64,000 bases of DNA, from positions 67,580,001-67,644,000 of the forward strand of contig JBITNC010000001.1 of assembly GCA_050084985.1 (NCBI GenBank). The letters are read 5' to 3'. The DNA is from Nageia nagi (Eukaryota; Plantae; Pinophyta). This document shows, one piece after another, positions 12,985 through 26,160 of the stretch. The position numbers were made by a program, and so were the translations under genes. Position 1 is the first letter of the stretch. Each line of letters opens with the position of its first letter. The notes beneath the pieces are model-generated. The model saw only the letters and a list, made by a program, of their open reading frames with translations, made no database searches and had not been told where the DNA came from.

Positions 12985-13560
12985 GCGGAGTCAGTAAATA
13001 GAACGTTCCGGAATGAAATGACGTCACAAAAGAAATGATAAAGCTCAGTTGTGGAAAAACCCGGGTTCCGGAGGAGATGAGGTCAGCAAGAGATAATCAA
13101 AGAAGCCGGAGCCTGTAAATTAGGTGTTCCGGAAGTAAAGCGTTCCGGAATAAAATGATGAAGTCGCGGAGGATAAGATAGTCACGTTTTGGTAAAGACC
13201 GGGTTCCGGAGATGATGAGGTCAGCAAGGGGAATTGAGAAGCCGGGGTCAGTAAATAAAGCGTTCCGGAATGAAATGATGACATCAGCGATTTCAGGCCT
13301 TAACCCAAAACCGGATCCCGAAAGCGATGAGGTCAGCAAGGAATGATCAAATAGCCGGAGCCAGTGAGTAAAACATTCCGAAAGTAAGAGATGACGTCAT
13401 GGGAAGAACGATGTTCACATTTTTGAATGAAACCGGGTCCCGGAAGTGATGAGGTCAGCGAGGAGTGATCGAATAGCCGGAGCCGGTGAGTAGAGCATTC
13501 CGGAATGTAGAGATGAGGTCAGTAAAGGGGGATCGAATAGTCGGAGCCAGTAAATAGAAC
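12985..13560. repeat. Degenerate tandem array, ~115-135 bp unit made of two CCGG-containing subunits
   Basis: GCCGGAGCCAGTAAATAGAACGTTCCGGAA alternates with ACCGGGTTCCGGAGATGATGAGGTCAGCAAG, about 4.5 copies. Confidence 0.85.
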
Positions 13561-14093
13561 ATCGCGAAAGAGACGATGCCAGCAAGAGGTCAGATCACAG
13601 TTGTCAAGAAGCCGTATCTTCTGCAATCTGCCCATTTTTTTGTAATATTCTGCCAAGTGGCGTATGTAGGTAGTATTAGTTAAAAGAAGGCTAGAATCTT
13701 GAAGCCGTTTTTGTAAACGTTTCTGTTCTGCAATTCTTGTAACTGTTATTACTGCAGTATAAGTATATGAAAATAAAGTGAAAGAAGGGTCGGAAGCCCT
13801 AGTATTGCTCTTTACATCTGTTCTCGAAGACCTGTAGTTTTTATCAGTAATATGATACCATCTTGACCTTTCTTGTCTAGCACTCGTAATTGTCATTCTT
13901 AATTTGGTTACATCATGGCAGCTTGGCTTGTTTCCTGAATGATAATTGCGAGTTGATAGTATAACTGTGTCTGCTACATGGTAGAGTAAAGCTGGGAAAC
14001 TATTAGAGAGTGAGAGCTTGTACTGTAGTTGCTACACTAGATTCAGACCAAGGTTTCACACACTGTGAAAGCCCGCGCTGAACTAGTGATCCA

Positions 14094-14366
14094 CCTTTGC
14101 TTTCTCTCTTGTTACCCTAAGCCTTTTTGCTTAAATTCCTCGCACTCTACTCCTTTTTATTTCCTTTCCTGTTACTTTTTCCTCTTGTTACTTTCCTGTT
14201 ACTTTGCTTTCTCCCTTGTTACCCTAACCCTTTTGCTTAAATTCCTCGCACTCTGCTCCTTTTTATTTCCTTTCCTGTTACTTTGCTTTCTCTCTTGTTA
14301 CCCTAACCCTTTTGCTTAAATTCCTCGCACTCTACTCCTTTTTATTTCCTTTCCTGTTACTTTTTC
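14094..14366. repeat. Pyrimidine-rich tandem repeat, 3 copies
   Basis: CTTTGCTTTCTCTCTTGTTACCCTAA...AAATTCCTCGCACTCT occurs three times. Confidence 0.88.
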
Positions 14367-16551
14367 TACGCCCAATAGATAAGGAAACGGCCTTCTCCGG
14401 AGATCAGAATGTCACGATAGTCTGTTCTTGATTTACTTTGGTTGAGATTGTCCACGGCGCATATATATTACACAATCTTAATCAACACTAGGATTTTAGG
14501 GAAATTACCCAAACTTCAAAAAAAAATTAACTTAATATTGCTCAGAATTTGATCAATATCCCCTTGCTTTGAAGAACTCTCAAAATTTCCTTCAAAAGAA
14601 ACTATAAATTGCCAAATTGCAACACTTTTGTAAAATGATATAGCTTGGCAAAATTCAAAAAAAATTCCAAGATAAATTTGCTGTAAGATACTGCACCAAC
14701 TTCAAAAAATCACAAGTCAGTCATTATTGCTCAAAATTTGGTGAATGGCCCTTGATTTCAAGCTCTCAAAATTCTCCTCAAACTAAACCAAATACTATTA
14801 TACTATAACGCTTTCACTGAAATATATGGCTCAATCATAATAGTCAAACTTGGACTTGAAGAATCTTGGCAAGCTATTTGACTCAAAAAAAACTCAAACT
14901 TGGCAAAAATCTTGGTTAAAAAAAAACTTGACAAAGTCTCAATGAGTTTTTGGTGATTTCCTCACCAATTTACTTGCAATTCAAAATAAAAAGAGAATAA
15001 CTCGCAATCCAAGCGTGAGTTGCATAGCAACTCCTACTCGGCTCATGGAGTTTACCCAGCACACAACGAGTTTGTCTACCATGAGCCTGATAAAGTTCTG
15101 ATTTTTTTTAATAATTCGTAAAAATACAATAACTTCCTCAAAATACATCAAAATGAGTTGAAAATTAAAGTACTTGCTTGATTTTCTAGTTGCTCACCGA
15201 AAATCTTTTGAAAATTCACTAATTTGCAGACTATGATGAACGAACTCGGTCTATTACTTAGCCATGTATTGTTTTGGCTGCTGTGCAAAAGCCATTGCAA
15301 AACTTGTTTTTTATGCCCTAGGGAATGAACATAGCGCGAAAGTTCAAATGCTTATAACTCGACCAATATAGCCCTGATTTGCCTAAAATTTTGAATACAA
15401 CTTTCTCATTTTATTCTTTATCAGTCCTCCAAATTTAATCAAAAAAATCAAAAGAATATTCATGCAAACATTTTATCAAGCCTCAAAAGGGAAATAAATT
15501 ATCATTTTTTGCCCTAAGTAGCCAAGATTGATGCTTTGGTACCACTTGCTATGAACCAACTAATAATAATAACAGAAATTACAATAATAGTGTTCTACAA
15601 TATTTTCAAATAAATACAATAGAAAGAAAGATATGAACCTTTAAGGTAGGGAAACATCATAAGATATTTCTTAAGGAATGAATCACTCCACTAGCTCTTC
15701 AAGGGAAAATCTCCCAAGTATAGAAGTCCTTCAATATATTTTCTATGATGACATTACAATTATATCTTTCTTATATTGATATGCGTACCAAATAATAATA
15801 TTATGGGTAGTAAACTCTCCCAAAGATATATGCCACAGCCATTCATTATCTCTTTTAATTATATTCTCATATACAATATAACATGAACCCCCTTTATGCA
15901 ATGAATTATGTTCCCAAACTCCTCATATTCCTCTTGAATTGTGTTCTCAAACTCCTATAGTATCATGACATGGGAAAACTCACACTATGTCTCCAAGATA
16001 TGGTCCTCTGAACAGTATCTCAAAATCTTAAAAGAGATCATACATTCTAAAGATTGGTCCACGTCCCTAGAAGGACCTTTAGCTCTAAGGGAGAACAAAC
16101 CAAATGGAAGAGTCCCAACCAAAGTAGGACCATCTCCAAGAGTCTCACATGCATCACAACTGCATTGAGAATCACTCAAAACCTCCTCGTGTCTCAAAAC
16201 TCTCTAAGGACAGAATCATCGACAACTTTTGATTCTTCACTCTCAAGACCAAAACAATATAGCCTTTTTGTCAGCTCCTAGGGTCTTAACCCTCTAGCGC
16301 TTTTGTTTTATCACTGAGTTGTACTGTTGAGTCCCATTGACTTATTTTGGTCACCCATGGACATTAATACATATTCTATTCTACTCTATCATCCATGGGA
16401 GCTTCCAACCGTGGCATATGAGCAGACTAGTTAACACTCTTGCAACTTAGGCAACACTAGTTTTTAAATACTAGACACTAGTATACAATGAACCTTGAGC
16501 AAATCTATTGATGAACCAAACAGAAAGGTAAATAAGGAAGGTAAAACAAAC

Positions 16552-16933
16552 CTGTTCTCCTCGCAAATATCTCTTCCGTGCGTAAAAACAATATGCGCCT
16601 TGTTCTGCCTCATATCCCACCATCAATCAACCTTTCAGTGAATCCATTCCCTTCACTGTTTTTATATATTTTATTCTGACTTTCTTCATGCAAAGACAAC
16701 TTTCCCTGCATGTCAGATTCTTCTCCAGAATTCCTAGGAACAAGAGTTGTCGAATAACTGTTGTCTTTATGGTTGTTTGATGTAGATGATTCGTAATTAT
16801 TAGCTTCTGTCTCAAGTGTAGCATCTTCAACAAGCTCAATATCACTACCCGGAGCTGCATAATTAAACAAGTCTCCAACCGGGCATAAGCAACCAGCAGC
16901 ATCCCACGGAACATGCAATGTACGAGAAGACAC
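16552..16933 (-). CDS. SDG40: SDG40-like exon 5 (apparent 1-bp frameshift at 16616-16618); downstream exons not found in this window
   Basis: VSSRTLHVPWDAAGCLCPVGDLFNYAAPG...ERLIDGG, then in the shifted frame YEAEQGAYCFYARKRYLRGEQ and a GT donor. The exon is 382 nt (3n+1). Confidence 0.88.
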
Positions 16934-17061
16934 CTATCAACATCAGAAATATAGTCAGACATTTGATTTGTGCAATGTGCACAAAACTAAAATTTGAAGC
17001 ATTGGGTTACGCAAAGTTGAACTAATTATGATAGACTGTCAACACATAGCCACTCACTCAC

Positions 17062-17202
17062 TGCCGCAAATGCCCAAAGCCATGATTTTATATTAGTAAA
17101 TCGCTGTTTCATCCCCATTTCATTCATTAGCACTTGTGATTCCTTCCATTCTTGGTGTACATTTCCACTAGCCCTTTGTGCAACCAACATAGCATCATCT
17201 AC
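17062..17202 (-). CDS. SDG40: SDG40-like exon 4
   Basis: AG/GTGAG bounded, 141 nt; VDDAMLVAQRASG...EWKESQVLM...KSWLWAFAA. Confidence 0.93.
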
Positions 17203-17346
17203 CTGAAGTAATTCTTGGCCAATTGAGAATGTAAAAGAGATGCTAAAATACATATAATACAAAAAGCAGTATAATGTCAATGCAGTATAACTTCCCTTTC
17301 TTAGAATTAGAAGAAATGTTAAAATTTCCAAGGAAAAAGAGCAAAC

Positions 17347-17478
17347 CTGCAACGCCTCCATCTCAAAAACAGTAAAGCTAGCCAAAATATCATAGTTGCG
17401 TGGCAATTGGAGCAAATAAGGATGCCAAAACGATTTTTTCCCTTTCGCAACTTCACTCAATAAATAAATAACCAATAC
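17347..17478 (-). CDS. SDG40: SDG40-like exon 3
   Basis: AG/GT bounded, 132 nt; VLVIYLLSEVAKGKKSFWHPYLLQLPRNYDILASFTVFEMEALQ. Confidence 0.93.
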
Positions 17479-18840
17479 CTGTGAAACAACACTTCCACTT
17501 GTCACAGAAGTATATGATCTACACTTCTTCCTACTTTCCATGCTCATCAAAAATGCTGAGATATCAAATAATGCAAAATTCTCACTTCTGCTAAGTTACC
17601 ATTGCATATAGTCAATAATGTACTACCATTGTTTCCTACATAATATAAGATGCAACCTTCCAGAAAAAAATTATAAACAAACAAAATAGTTGGGTTGGCA
17701 TTGGTTACAAAGATCAATAGAACATGCAGTTATAGAACGAATCTCAAAATGATGTTGTTTCACATGAAATATCCAGCCTTCAATTTGTCACCTGTCAGAT
17801 CAATGTTTTGTTCAGAGTCCAGGACTAAGGAATTAGGCTTGAACAAACGTGCTTCCCCATCATGTAAAATCAAAGCTAGGGTCCAATGAGACTTAGACTG
17901 CTGTGGCAGCAATTAGCAATTTTGGCTACTAAGCTCCCAAAGAGTTGTACAAGGAAAGTGGTACTCTACTAATAATGGCAGGCCAAGAAATGCATGTGTG
18001 CAGTCTAGCAAGACTAACCAACAAACTATCCCCACTGAAATTGAAAGAAATATATTCTAAGCCAGTCCAAAACTAGCGATTACTCTGTCAAAAAACTTCG
18101 CAAATTCTGATTGCAAATTTCAAGCCATTGCCAGACCCGAATGACGGTAACACAATCATGAAGGTAATCTCCTTACAGAAAATTTCATAGTACGGATTAT
18201 TTGAATACTGTCTAATCTCTACCGACATGATATGATCAAATATCTCAGAGAAATCACCATTATTAAGTTTTGTTTTTCTTGTTTTTTCAGGAAATTAAGG
18301 ATATTGGATTCACCTTAAACATTGTGTTTTATCACATTTTGGATCATAGTAATTGTCCTTATTATATCTTAGGATGAAAGTATGAGTAGTAAACTAGTGC
18401 CAATATTTTTTCAATTTTCAAGGCAAGCTGCTCTGACATTGCTCATAGTTGTGCTTATGATTGCTCAGCTGAAAGATAATAGCCATGGTGTCAAGCACCA
18501 ATCTTCCTCACTCTTCTTTAATTATATCCGGTAATTCGAAAATACTGAATTTGCCTCAGGGTAAGGAAGGAAATCGAACAAAACACGGGAAACCCTAACC
18601 AGATCAAGTAAACAGGGATTCATAAGAATAGTACAATTTCTGAAACTCTTGAAAGGCCTAAATTTCTAGGATTTTGTATCATGGTCTTCAGAACATGGCC
18701 AGTCTCTCAACTCCCCAGATAAGTAAGGTTTCAGTAAAAACAATTACACTCTGCAAATCTTTAAAAGTTGTTTAAGAGTTGTATAAGTATGCTATCTATA
18801 TATAGAGAAAGATGAACGACAATGTAGGAGAATTAGGCAC

Positions 18841-18991
18841 CTGGGTGGAGGATAAATTCGGGTATCGGCCCAAACATTTACAAAGATGACCCCCTTCCGC
18901 CATTACTGTTCCTCGGCTCATGAGTGCATTCTTTGGGACTTTTAAGACTAGTTCTCCCTTTTCAATATCCCGGGCGGCGGCCAGCCCTCTC
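18841..18991 (-). CDS. SDG40: SDG40-like exon 2
   Basis: CAG acceptor; RGLAAARDIEKGELVLKVPKNALMS...LSSTQ (SET N-terminal motif); GT donor; 151 nt restores phase 0. Confidence 0.93.
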
Positions 18992-19102
18992 CTGTCAAAT
19001 AATTCCAAAAACAACGTAAACCAGAGAAGGGAATGTAGGAAAATCCACCATAAATAGATTATACTTTGCTAATGGATGATAAGCAAAGAGGTAGGTGCTT
19101 AC

Positions 19103-19224
19103 CCGCCTGCGTCTGGAAAATCAGAGAGCAAGAGAGAGTAGCCCAAGCAGGAAGAGGATTGAATTTTGAGATCAGGGCCATCACTGACTCCCTGAGAGGC
19201 TGCCCATCCAAGAAATTCCTCCAT
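19103..19224 (-). CDS. SDG40: SDG40-like SET-domain protein lysine methyltransferase, exon 1
   Basis: Manual translation gives MEEFLGWAASQGVSDGPDLKIQSSSCLGYSLLLSDFPDAGG, matching the recalled Arabidopsis SDG40 N-terminus (METFLRWAAEIGISD...SCLGHSLSVSDFPDAGG). GTAAG donor follows; phase 2. Confidence 0.9.
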
Positions 19225-22200
19225 GCTTTCAAAAACTTCTCTTGAATCGTTACACTGATGTTGAACACAAGATGACAATATAAAAATGTGAGAATTTCTT
19301 TTTTTGAAAATATGAAAATGAAAGAAAATTAATTTAGTATAAAAATATCAGTAGTTTATCTTTTCGGTTCTATATTTTGGAATTAGATTTTGTGTGTGGG
19401 TTTTCTTTTGTCAAAGTCATTCGGGAGAAACTCGGCCACATCCACATCAGTTGGAAATCATTGACGGATTTAGCATATCATATCAACTATAAGATTGAAT
19501 TTCAAATATTCAACTTCTAATGGTTTGATTTGGGAGTAGAGATATTTATTTTGGGTATGGAGTATAGGTTCGAGCTTTGGAGGTTTGTTAAATTAAGGGA
19601 TGTAGAGCTTCAAAGTGATTTCAGTCAAGGATTAAAAATCAACATTATATTAATTTAAGAGAAAATAAAATAAAATAAATACAGGTGAAACTTTTGTTTG
19701 TAAATAAAACCTTTTAACTCATGAATTAAAAAAATATAAACTAAAAAGATAAAAAATGATAATGCTTAAAAAATTGAATTAATTCAATAATTATGAATAG
19801 ATTTACTAAAAATATTTGGATATTCTACATTTAATACCATAATATTTACTAAATAATCTACTCCACATAAGTATGAACAAAAAATAATAAAATTAAAAAT
19901 GTTAAAAACAATTTTTAAAATAATTGTAATATTCTTTATAGATAGAAAGTTTGTAGATTTCAAGATGGTTTAGGTAGTCAATAAATATCATTTCTCTTGA
20001 ATTAACAACTTGATTATTCTAAACAAAATGTTTAATACTATGGTTCATTCTTTAAATCTCCTCTTACTTTTATTTCATTCTTGATCAAATCTTATCAAAG
20101 TATAAGTTAATATCATTTTGTGTTTTGTTGACATATAATACCTTTCACAACTTATCACTTCATTAGCTTTAATATGTTGTAACTTCATTGGCTTCCATGA
20201 CTTACCATTTTATTACCTCTCATGACCCATCATTTGATGTTATCTTATTACATAGTATCGTATATTATTCTTATTGGTCACTAATCACTTTTATCACAAA
20301 TCAAGGATTGGAGTGGGGTCAAGTTCTCAAAATTTTAGGATGATCAAAAGCCTATAACCCATAAGTTAAATCTATGGAAGCTACAGTTTATGATGACACT
20401 AGAATTCTAGAAACTAGGTCAACTCTCCCAAAGAAAGGGCTTAGGATATTCTCTATGTTAAAAGGTAGGACTCCACAATTATGGTTACACCAAATGTCCC
20501 AAGGGAGAGATCCAAATAGAATTAAATGGTAGTTCATGAGCCTTAATCAAAAAAGAGAAAGGAGATGCAAAAGAAGGTTGAGTCTAAGACTCTAAATATG
20601 GCCATGACCATAGCTACGATCACATAAGTAGCAAAGGCAACCATCAAGGCTAAGATCTTAGAAGAATACATTCAAAAGAATATTATGGATAGTTAGTCTT
20701 GTCTAATGTGGTATCTAAATTTTGATTAAAATGGATACGATCTTCCCAACCATAGCTAAACATTATAAATATCTTTGTACATATAGTTTTTGAGTTCTTA
20801 TATAAAAAAATGCTTTATTTACCTTACCAAAAAAATGAATATACAATATCATACATAATATAATGTAAAATTAATTACATGACATAGGACCTTGTCCCTC
20901 TCATGGATCACCACTATGAGAGTAATGTGGCTTATTCATGGATCTAATAGACACATTAATGTTTATTATTTGTGGAAGAGATACTCCTTTGGCTACCTAG
21001 GTCATCATATACAATATGATATCTCTCATATTACCTTGTCATATAAACTAACCCTACTTATATAGAATTACAAGAATGCTTCCATTTAGTAATTATTATA
21101 TCAAAAAGTGGTAAATGCATCTAGCATTAGGTGCACAATTGCCATCTATAGATGAATATTATATATTTATTGTAATTGTTAATAACTCAACATTTAAAGC
21201 ATCTCCTAGATATAAAAAGTACTCTATAACCTATAAAATACAACCATCATGTAAATAGATGCAACATTTCTTTCTTATAAACAAAAACATAACTCAAGAT
21301 CTAAGGTATTACCACCCATAATGATATAAATATTCACATCATCATCTTTAAAATTGTTTCATAGATATTTTCTATAAGCTCTCTCCAAAAATTTATAGCT
21401 CTTTCATAAATAAATAAAACACATTAATGAATTGTCATTGTTGAAGTTTTTCAATAAATATATAGTATCTTTATGTAATTGTTATGTGTCACGGTTAGTA
21501 ATAGTACCTAGCAGCTAGCTTGTTGTGCTAGATAACGATGCCCATTAATAAGCTATAGTAATGGACACAATAAGAATAAAGAGATAACGATAGCCAAGTT
21601 TTAGTAAATAATTGTTAATCAAATGTAATAAAAGGAGAGCCTCACGGTTCTTGTAGGTTAGCTAGATTAGAGAACATATGTTATAGCAGAAGATATTCAC
21701 ATTTTATCAATATAAACTAGAGTTTAATTTCTAGATTTTGAGTGTTGTTGGAGACTTCTTCCAAATGAGTCAGGTCCCACTCTGCTTGGTAGAAGATACT
21801 CCCTTTCATTCTTTTCTTCAGTTGTGTGTATGTGATTTAGTTTATGGAATGTATGTTTTAGAGATTGTTTCAAAGATTTTATTTGAAGTGTGTGGTGTGA
21901 AGTTGCAACCTAGTGTTAAAAACTACAAAATCATTTCCTACAGTATTGAATTTCCATTTATCTATTCAATAAAGCATTTGATTTGGTTAGTGTCTCAGTC
22001 TCTTAACTAGAGAACCCAATCGTATATAGCCTAGAACACTGCCCCAGATTTGAGAAAATAAATGGTGAATTGATGCCTCATCATTTTTGGTGCTGTTAGT
22101 TGGGAGAGTCAGTGTAGATTGATCTATTCCTAAGATTTTGAAGAAGAGAATTATTGCTAGTGCCATTTAGAATTTGTGTATAGCCACGTTTCCACATTCT

Positions 22201-25200
22201 AGATAATCAAATTAGAGGAAATGTTAAAAGTGATCCTACAATAATAGTATGATCTCACATGGTTATCCTATTAGGCATATGTTGATTTATCTCCATGCCC
22301 TTTTTCTTTGGATTATCATATTATCATGTGGTCTAGAGTAGTAGGCTCTCTTGAGAATCTCAGGAAAACTATTTCAAGGATTAGGTAAGAATTTTATTTT
22401 TGCAACATATTTTATATATGAATAGACCTAGAGATAAAGCCATTGGAAGATTTATTAGCATTAGTAGTAGAAGTGGTTCTAGGGGATGTAGAACTTCAAA
22501 ACCATCACCCTCTAAAAAGAGGACTAGTTCGGGTCATGGATCTGAACCGCAAGAGGCTAAAATTAAAATTTTATTACATATTATAACCATAGTGAGTAAG
22601 CTCAACCACCTAGCATAGTAAATCAACCATAGTTTGGAGAAGAACCTGGTGTATTGGGACCTATAATTCAAGTTGAAGAAGTTGGTGAGCATATTCCTGA
22701 ATTCGACCTTACAATCAAAGAGTAGTGTGGAGCAACTATTCTTGAAGCCTATCAAATTTATGGATATCTCCTTACCATTGCATGTTCATATCTCTTTAAA
22801 AGAAATTTATTATGAGGAGGAAAGGGAAGTTACAAGTTGACCATTCCATATCTACCATAGCTCTTCACCTTTTTCATCATATTTGAAGAAAGTTTACACT
22901 AATCCTCTCCCTAATTCAATACTTATGTTTTAAAACAGACATGTCCATCATTCAATAAGTTAGGAGGTAGCGATGGAGGAACTATCACTCATAATACTAT
23001 GAGAACTTTCACCTATCCTATTCGGATGCTAGCTCTTCTCACAAGAATTGATGCTCCTATGAAGAATATTTCCTCCTCAGTCCTTCCAAACTTTAAGAGA
23101 TTATCTATTAAGGATCCTTACGAATTCTTATTTGAATTCAAAATTCTTTGTAAAACTTATGATTATAAGTTGGATAATCGAAAGCTGAAACTTTTTCCCT
23201 CTACTATGAAGGATAATGCAATGTGATGGTTTATGGGTCTTCCCCCAAACTCCATTACATCATGGGAAGAAATGGAACATGTTTTTCTTGAAAAATATCA
23301 AGATTACTGCAGAGTTAAGGACAAGAAGGATGAGTTATTTTGATTGAAACAAGATGACAATGAAAGCCTTGAAGATTATTTAGACAGGTTTTTATTTATT
23401 CAAAAATGATGTGGAATAACTTTTTATCCAGAATTTGAGAAGACCATTTCTTAAAAGGATTATTAGACCCATCTAGATGCTCTTAATTTGACGGGGAAAG
23501 GAAATATTTACAAGTTAAATTTGGATAAAATTGTTGAATTATGTCAAAATTATTCAAGAACTAGAACTCTTGGCTGGAAGATGAAACAAATAGATAGAGA
23601 TTTTGGTTCAATGAAAGAATTGATTGAAGAGTTGGGAAAATTTCAAAATAAACATACTATGTGAATTAAGTCAGTTGAAGGGAGTAGCAGATAAAGCAAA
23701 ATAATCTTAGGACTCATTAGCAACCTATTATCCTAGATTTAATAAGAAGCATGTGTTGCATGAGTGTCCCTTAAATAAAGTAGAAATTTTTGGGTTATGT
23801 AACAACAAGAATTCAATAGATAATTATGATCTTCTACTTGTAGCTCAATTATCTATAGCAAATTCAATAATGGATGTAAATTATTTGGGTCCAAGAAATA
23901 ATTTCCAAGGTTACCATAATCAAATGAGGCAACCAATGCAATCTTGGTGGAATATGCTCTATGCATGTTGGATGTACAATGTGGATTGGTCATAATATAG
24001 ACCATAAGGAGCACCATTTTAGCATAATCAAGGTAATTATCAATAGAATAATCCATAACATCAACAACAAAACTTTCAACCATGAAGGAATTAAAATAAA
24101 AAATAACCAATGTTGTCAGCTCTTAATCATCAAAACCTATTCAACATGCACCCAAACAATCTCCTTTACCAGCCCAACTAGTCCCAAATCCAAATAATAA
24201 TAGGCAAGTAAATTCATAAGCCTATCAAGTAGATCAAGATGGAGCTGCATCTGTCAATGCTATTCAACATCGATCTATGAAGATAATGGTAGAACCTAGT
24301 CCTCTAATTATTACCGAAATCAATGATGAAGTTGAAGATACTCAAGAGTTCATTGAAAAGGTTACCAATGTTCTAGAGGATACACCATTGGAGGAGCCTA
24401 AACAATATGAAAGTAATAAAACTATTCCATATCCATGATGCTTGGAATACAAAGTTCATAAGGTAGAATCTAAATTGCTAATAAAGATAAAGAAATTGAA
24501 TATTTTTATCCCGTTAGAGAGGTTCTAGATCTCAATAAGATAGTGAAGGAGTTATGTATCCAGAAGGGAGATAGGAAAAAGAAGACATGTCCCAATATAG
24601 TTCAAGTGGATGGTAAATTATCAAATTTGTTAGCAGGTAAGTTAGTAAACCCAAAATACAATGATCCAAGAAGTCCAATTATAATGAAACTTTCATAAGA
24701 CTCACCAAGATATAGAATGTCTTAGTTGATTTCGATGTTGCTATAAATTTAATGACTCCATACTTTTATAGACAACTAGCATTGGAAAATATGCATCCAA
24801 CTTCAACCATTTTACAACTAGCAGATTAATCGATTACCACTCTAGAAGTATTGATAGAAGATGTTTAGGTAATCATGGATTCATGGACCTATCCAGTGCA
24901 TTTCTTAATCCTGAAAACAAAAGCACAAAAGGGTGGCTATCCTTTGATTTTCAGCATATAATGGCTTGCTACTACTGTTGCATTCATTAACTGTCAAACA
25001 TGTGATATGATCATTTCAAATGGACATAATTCAAAGGTAGTTTCTCTAAATCCACCTGCTTAACTTGCCTTAGAATATAAAGGTTAGTTATGGATTGATA
25101 ATATGGAAGAGGAGGAGCTAGAAACATTTGCTACATTAGCCACTATTGACATTAAATAACATGTGGAATAACTTTAAGAGGTACTTGCACTGGTGGATTA

Positions 25201-26160
25201 TACATAGGAAGATTAAAGTGATGAAGATGAGGTAATAAAAGAGACAAAACTTGGGGAATGCTCTAGTATAAATTTATAGGACATTGCATTCAATGTGCCA
25301 TTTGATAAACAATCTCAGTTCTTGTCCTTATTCAAGTGTCCCTTGACTCATGTTGTTCCAAGAGGTGAAGCATTTAGAGAAAGAACTAAATTATATCACT
25401 ACCTCTTTCCATATCATTGTCCCTTGAATTCACTAGTAGAGTATCCAAAATAAGACAATGTGACCAAGCAAGGAATCAAGATAATTGAAGTCCAACCTAG
25501 CAGAGCTCTCAACATTAACAATTGGTTAACTTTGGATGAGGAAGATAAGTTGTTTCAAGTCCTACATTCATATAATGTTGCATTTGCTTGGGATCATTCG
25601 GACATGAAAGGTATACAATCAAACATTTGCACTCATCATATTTATACAGATGAATCAAAACTTGTCTACCAACCTCTTAGGACAGTAAACCCAACATTAT
25701 GGGTTGTAGTGAAGGATGAAATTAAAAAGCTATTACAAGAAAACTTCATTTATCCAATATCCAATAGCATAGGGGTTTCTCCTTTGGTTGTGGTACCCAA
25801 GAAGAATGGGAAATGGAGAGTTTGTGTGGACTACAAAGCCCTGAACAAAGCTACCTTAGGGATCATTTCCCTCTACCTTTCATTGATTAAGTACTTGATA
25901 ATCTTACTAGAAAGAAGCATTTTTCATTTCTTTATGGGTTTAGTGGATACAACCAAATTCAAATGGCTAGAGAGGATCAATACAAAACTACTTTTACTTG
26001 TGTTAGGGCACACATTTACTTATAATGTTTCATTTGGCTTATGTAATGTACATGCTACTTTCCAATGAGCTATTTTTACAATCTTTGTTGATTTGGTTAA
26101 TGATTATGTAAAGGTGTACATTGATGATTTTATGTTATATGGTAATTCTTATGATGAGGC

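Larger units (their letters stand above)
12877..14487. mobile_element. Solo LTR, 1611 bp, with internal tandem repeats
   Basis: TGTA...AACA termini; perfect 5-bp TSD CTAGG; CpG/CCGG retained. Confidence 0.85.
10300..15883 (-). mobile_element. Ty3/gypsy remnant (LTR ~15547-15883, PBS, leader, gag fragment) split by two solo LTRs
   Basis: PBS TGGTACCAAAGC (15533-15544, minus) next to a TG..CA-like LTR; gag motif PKLQIRRFDGIDPIGLINEIETQF at ~12660-12745. Left boundary uncertain. Confidence 0.6.

Noticed and set aside
12985-13560. CRISPR-like or animal-virus-like (CCGGAAGT plus TGACGTCA) repeat array
   Set aside because: The units are degenerate, there are no unique spacers and no cas or viral ORFs, and the array lies inside a TG..CA unit with a 5-bp TSD.
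16650-16850. Longer SET insertion loop in exon 5 than in Arabidopsis SDG40
   Set aside because: A low-complexity S/N/E-rich variable linker; length variation here is unremarkable.
17026-17550. 174-aa ORF as a single exon
   Set aside because: It reads through the 144-bp in-frame intron 3 and flanking intron sequence; SDG40 homology covers only the two AG/GT-bounded parts.
19500-21430. Promoter elements or hidden genes upstream of SDG40
   Set aside because: AT-rich, no ORFs, and no motif distinguishable from background.
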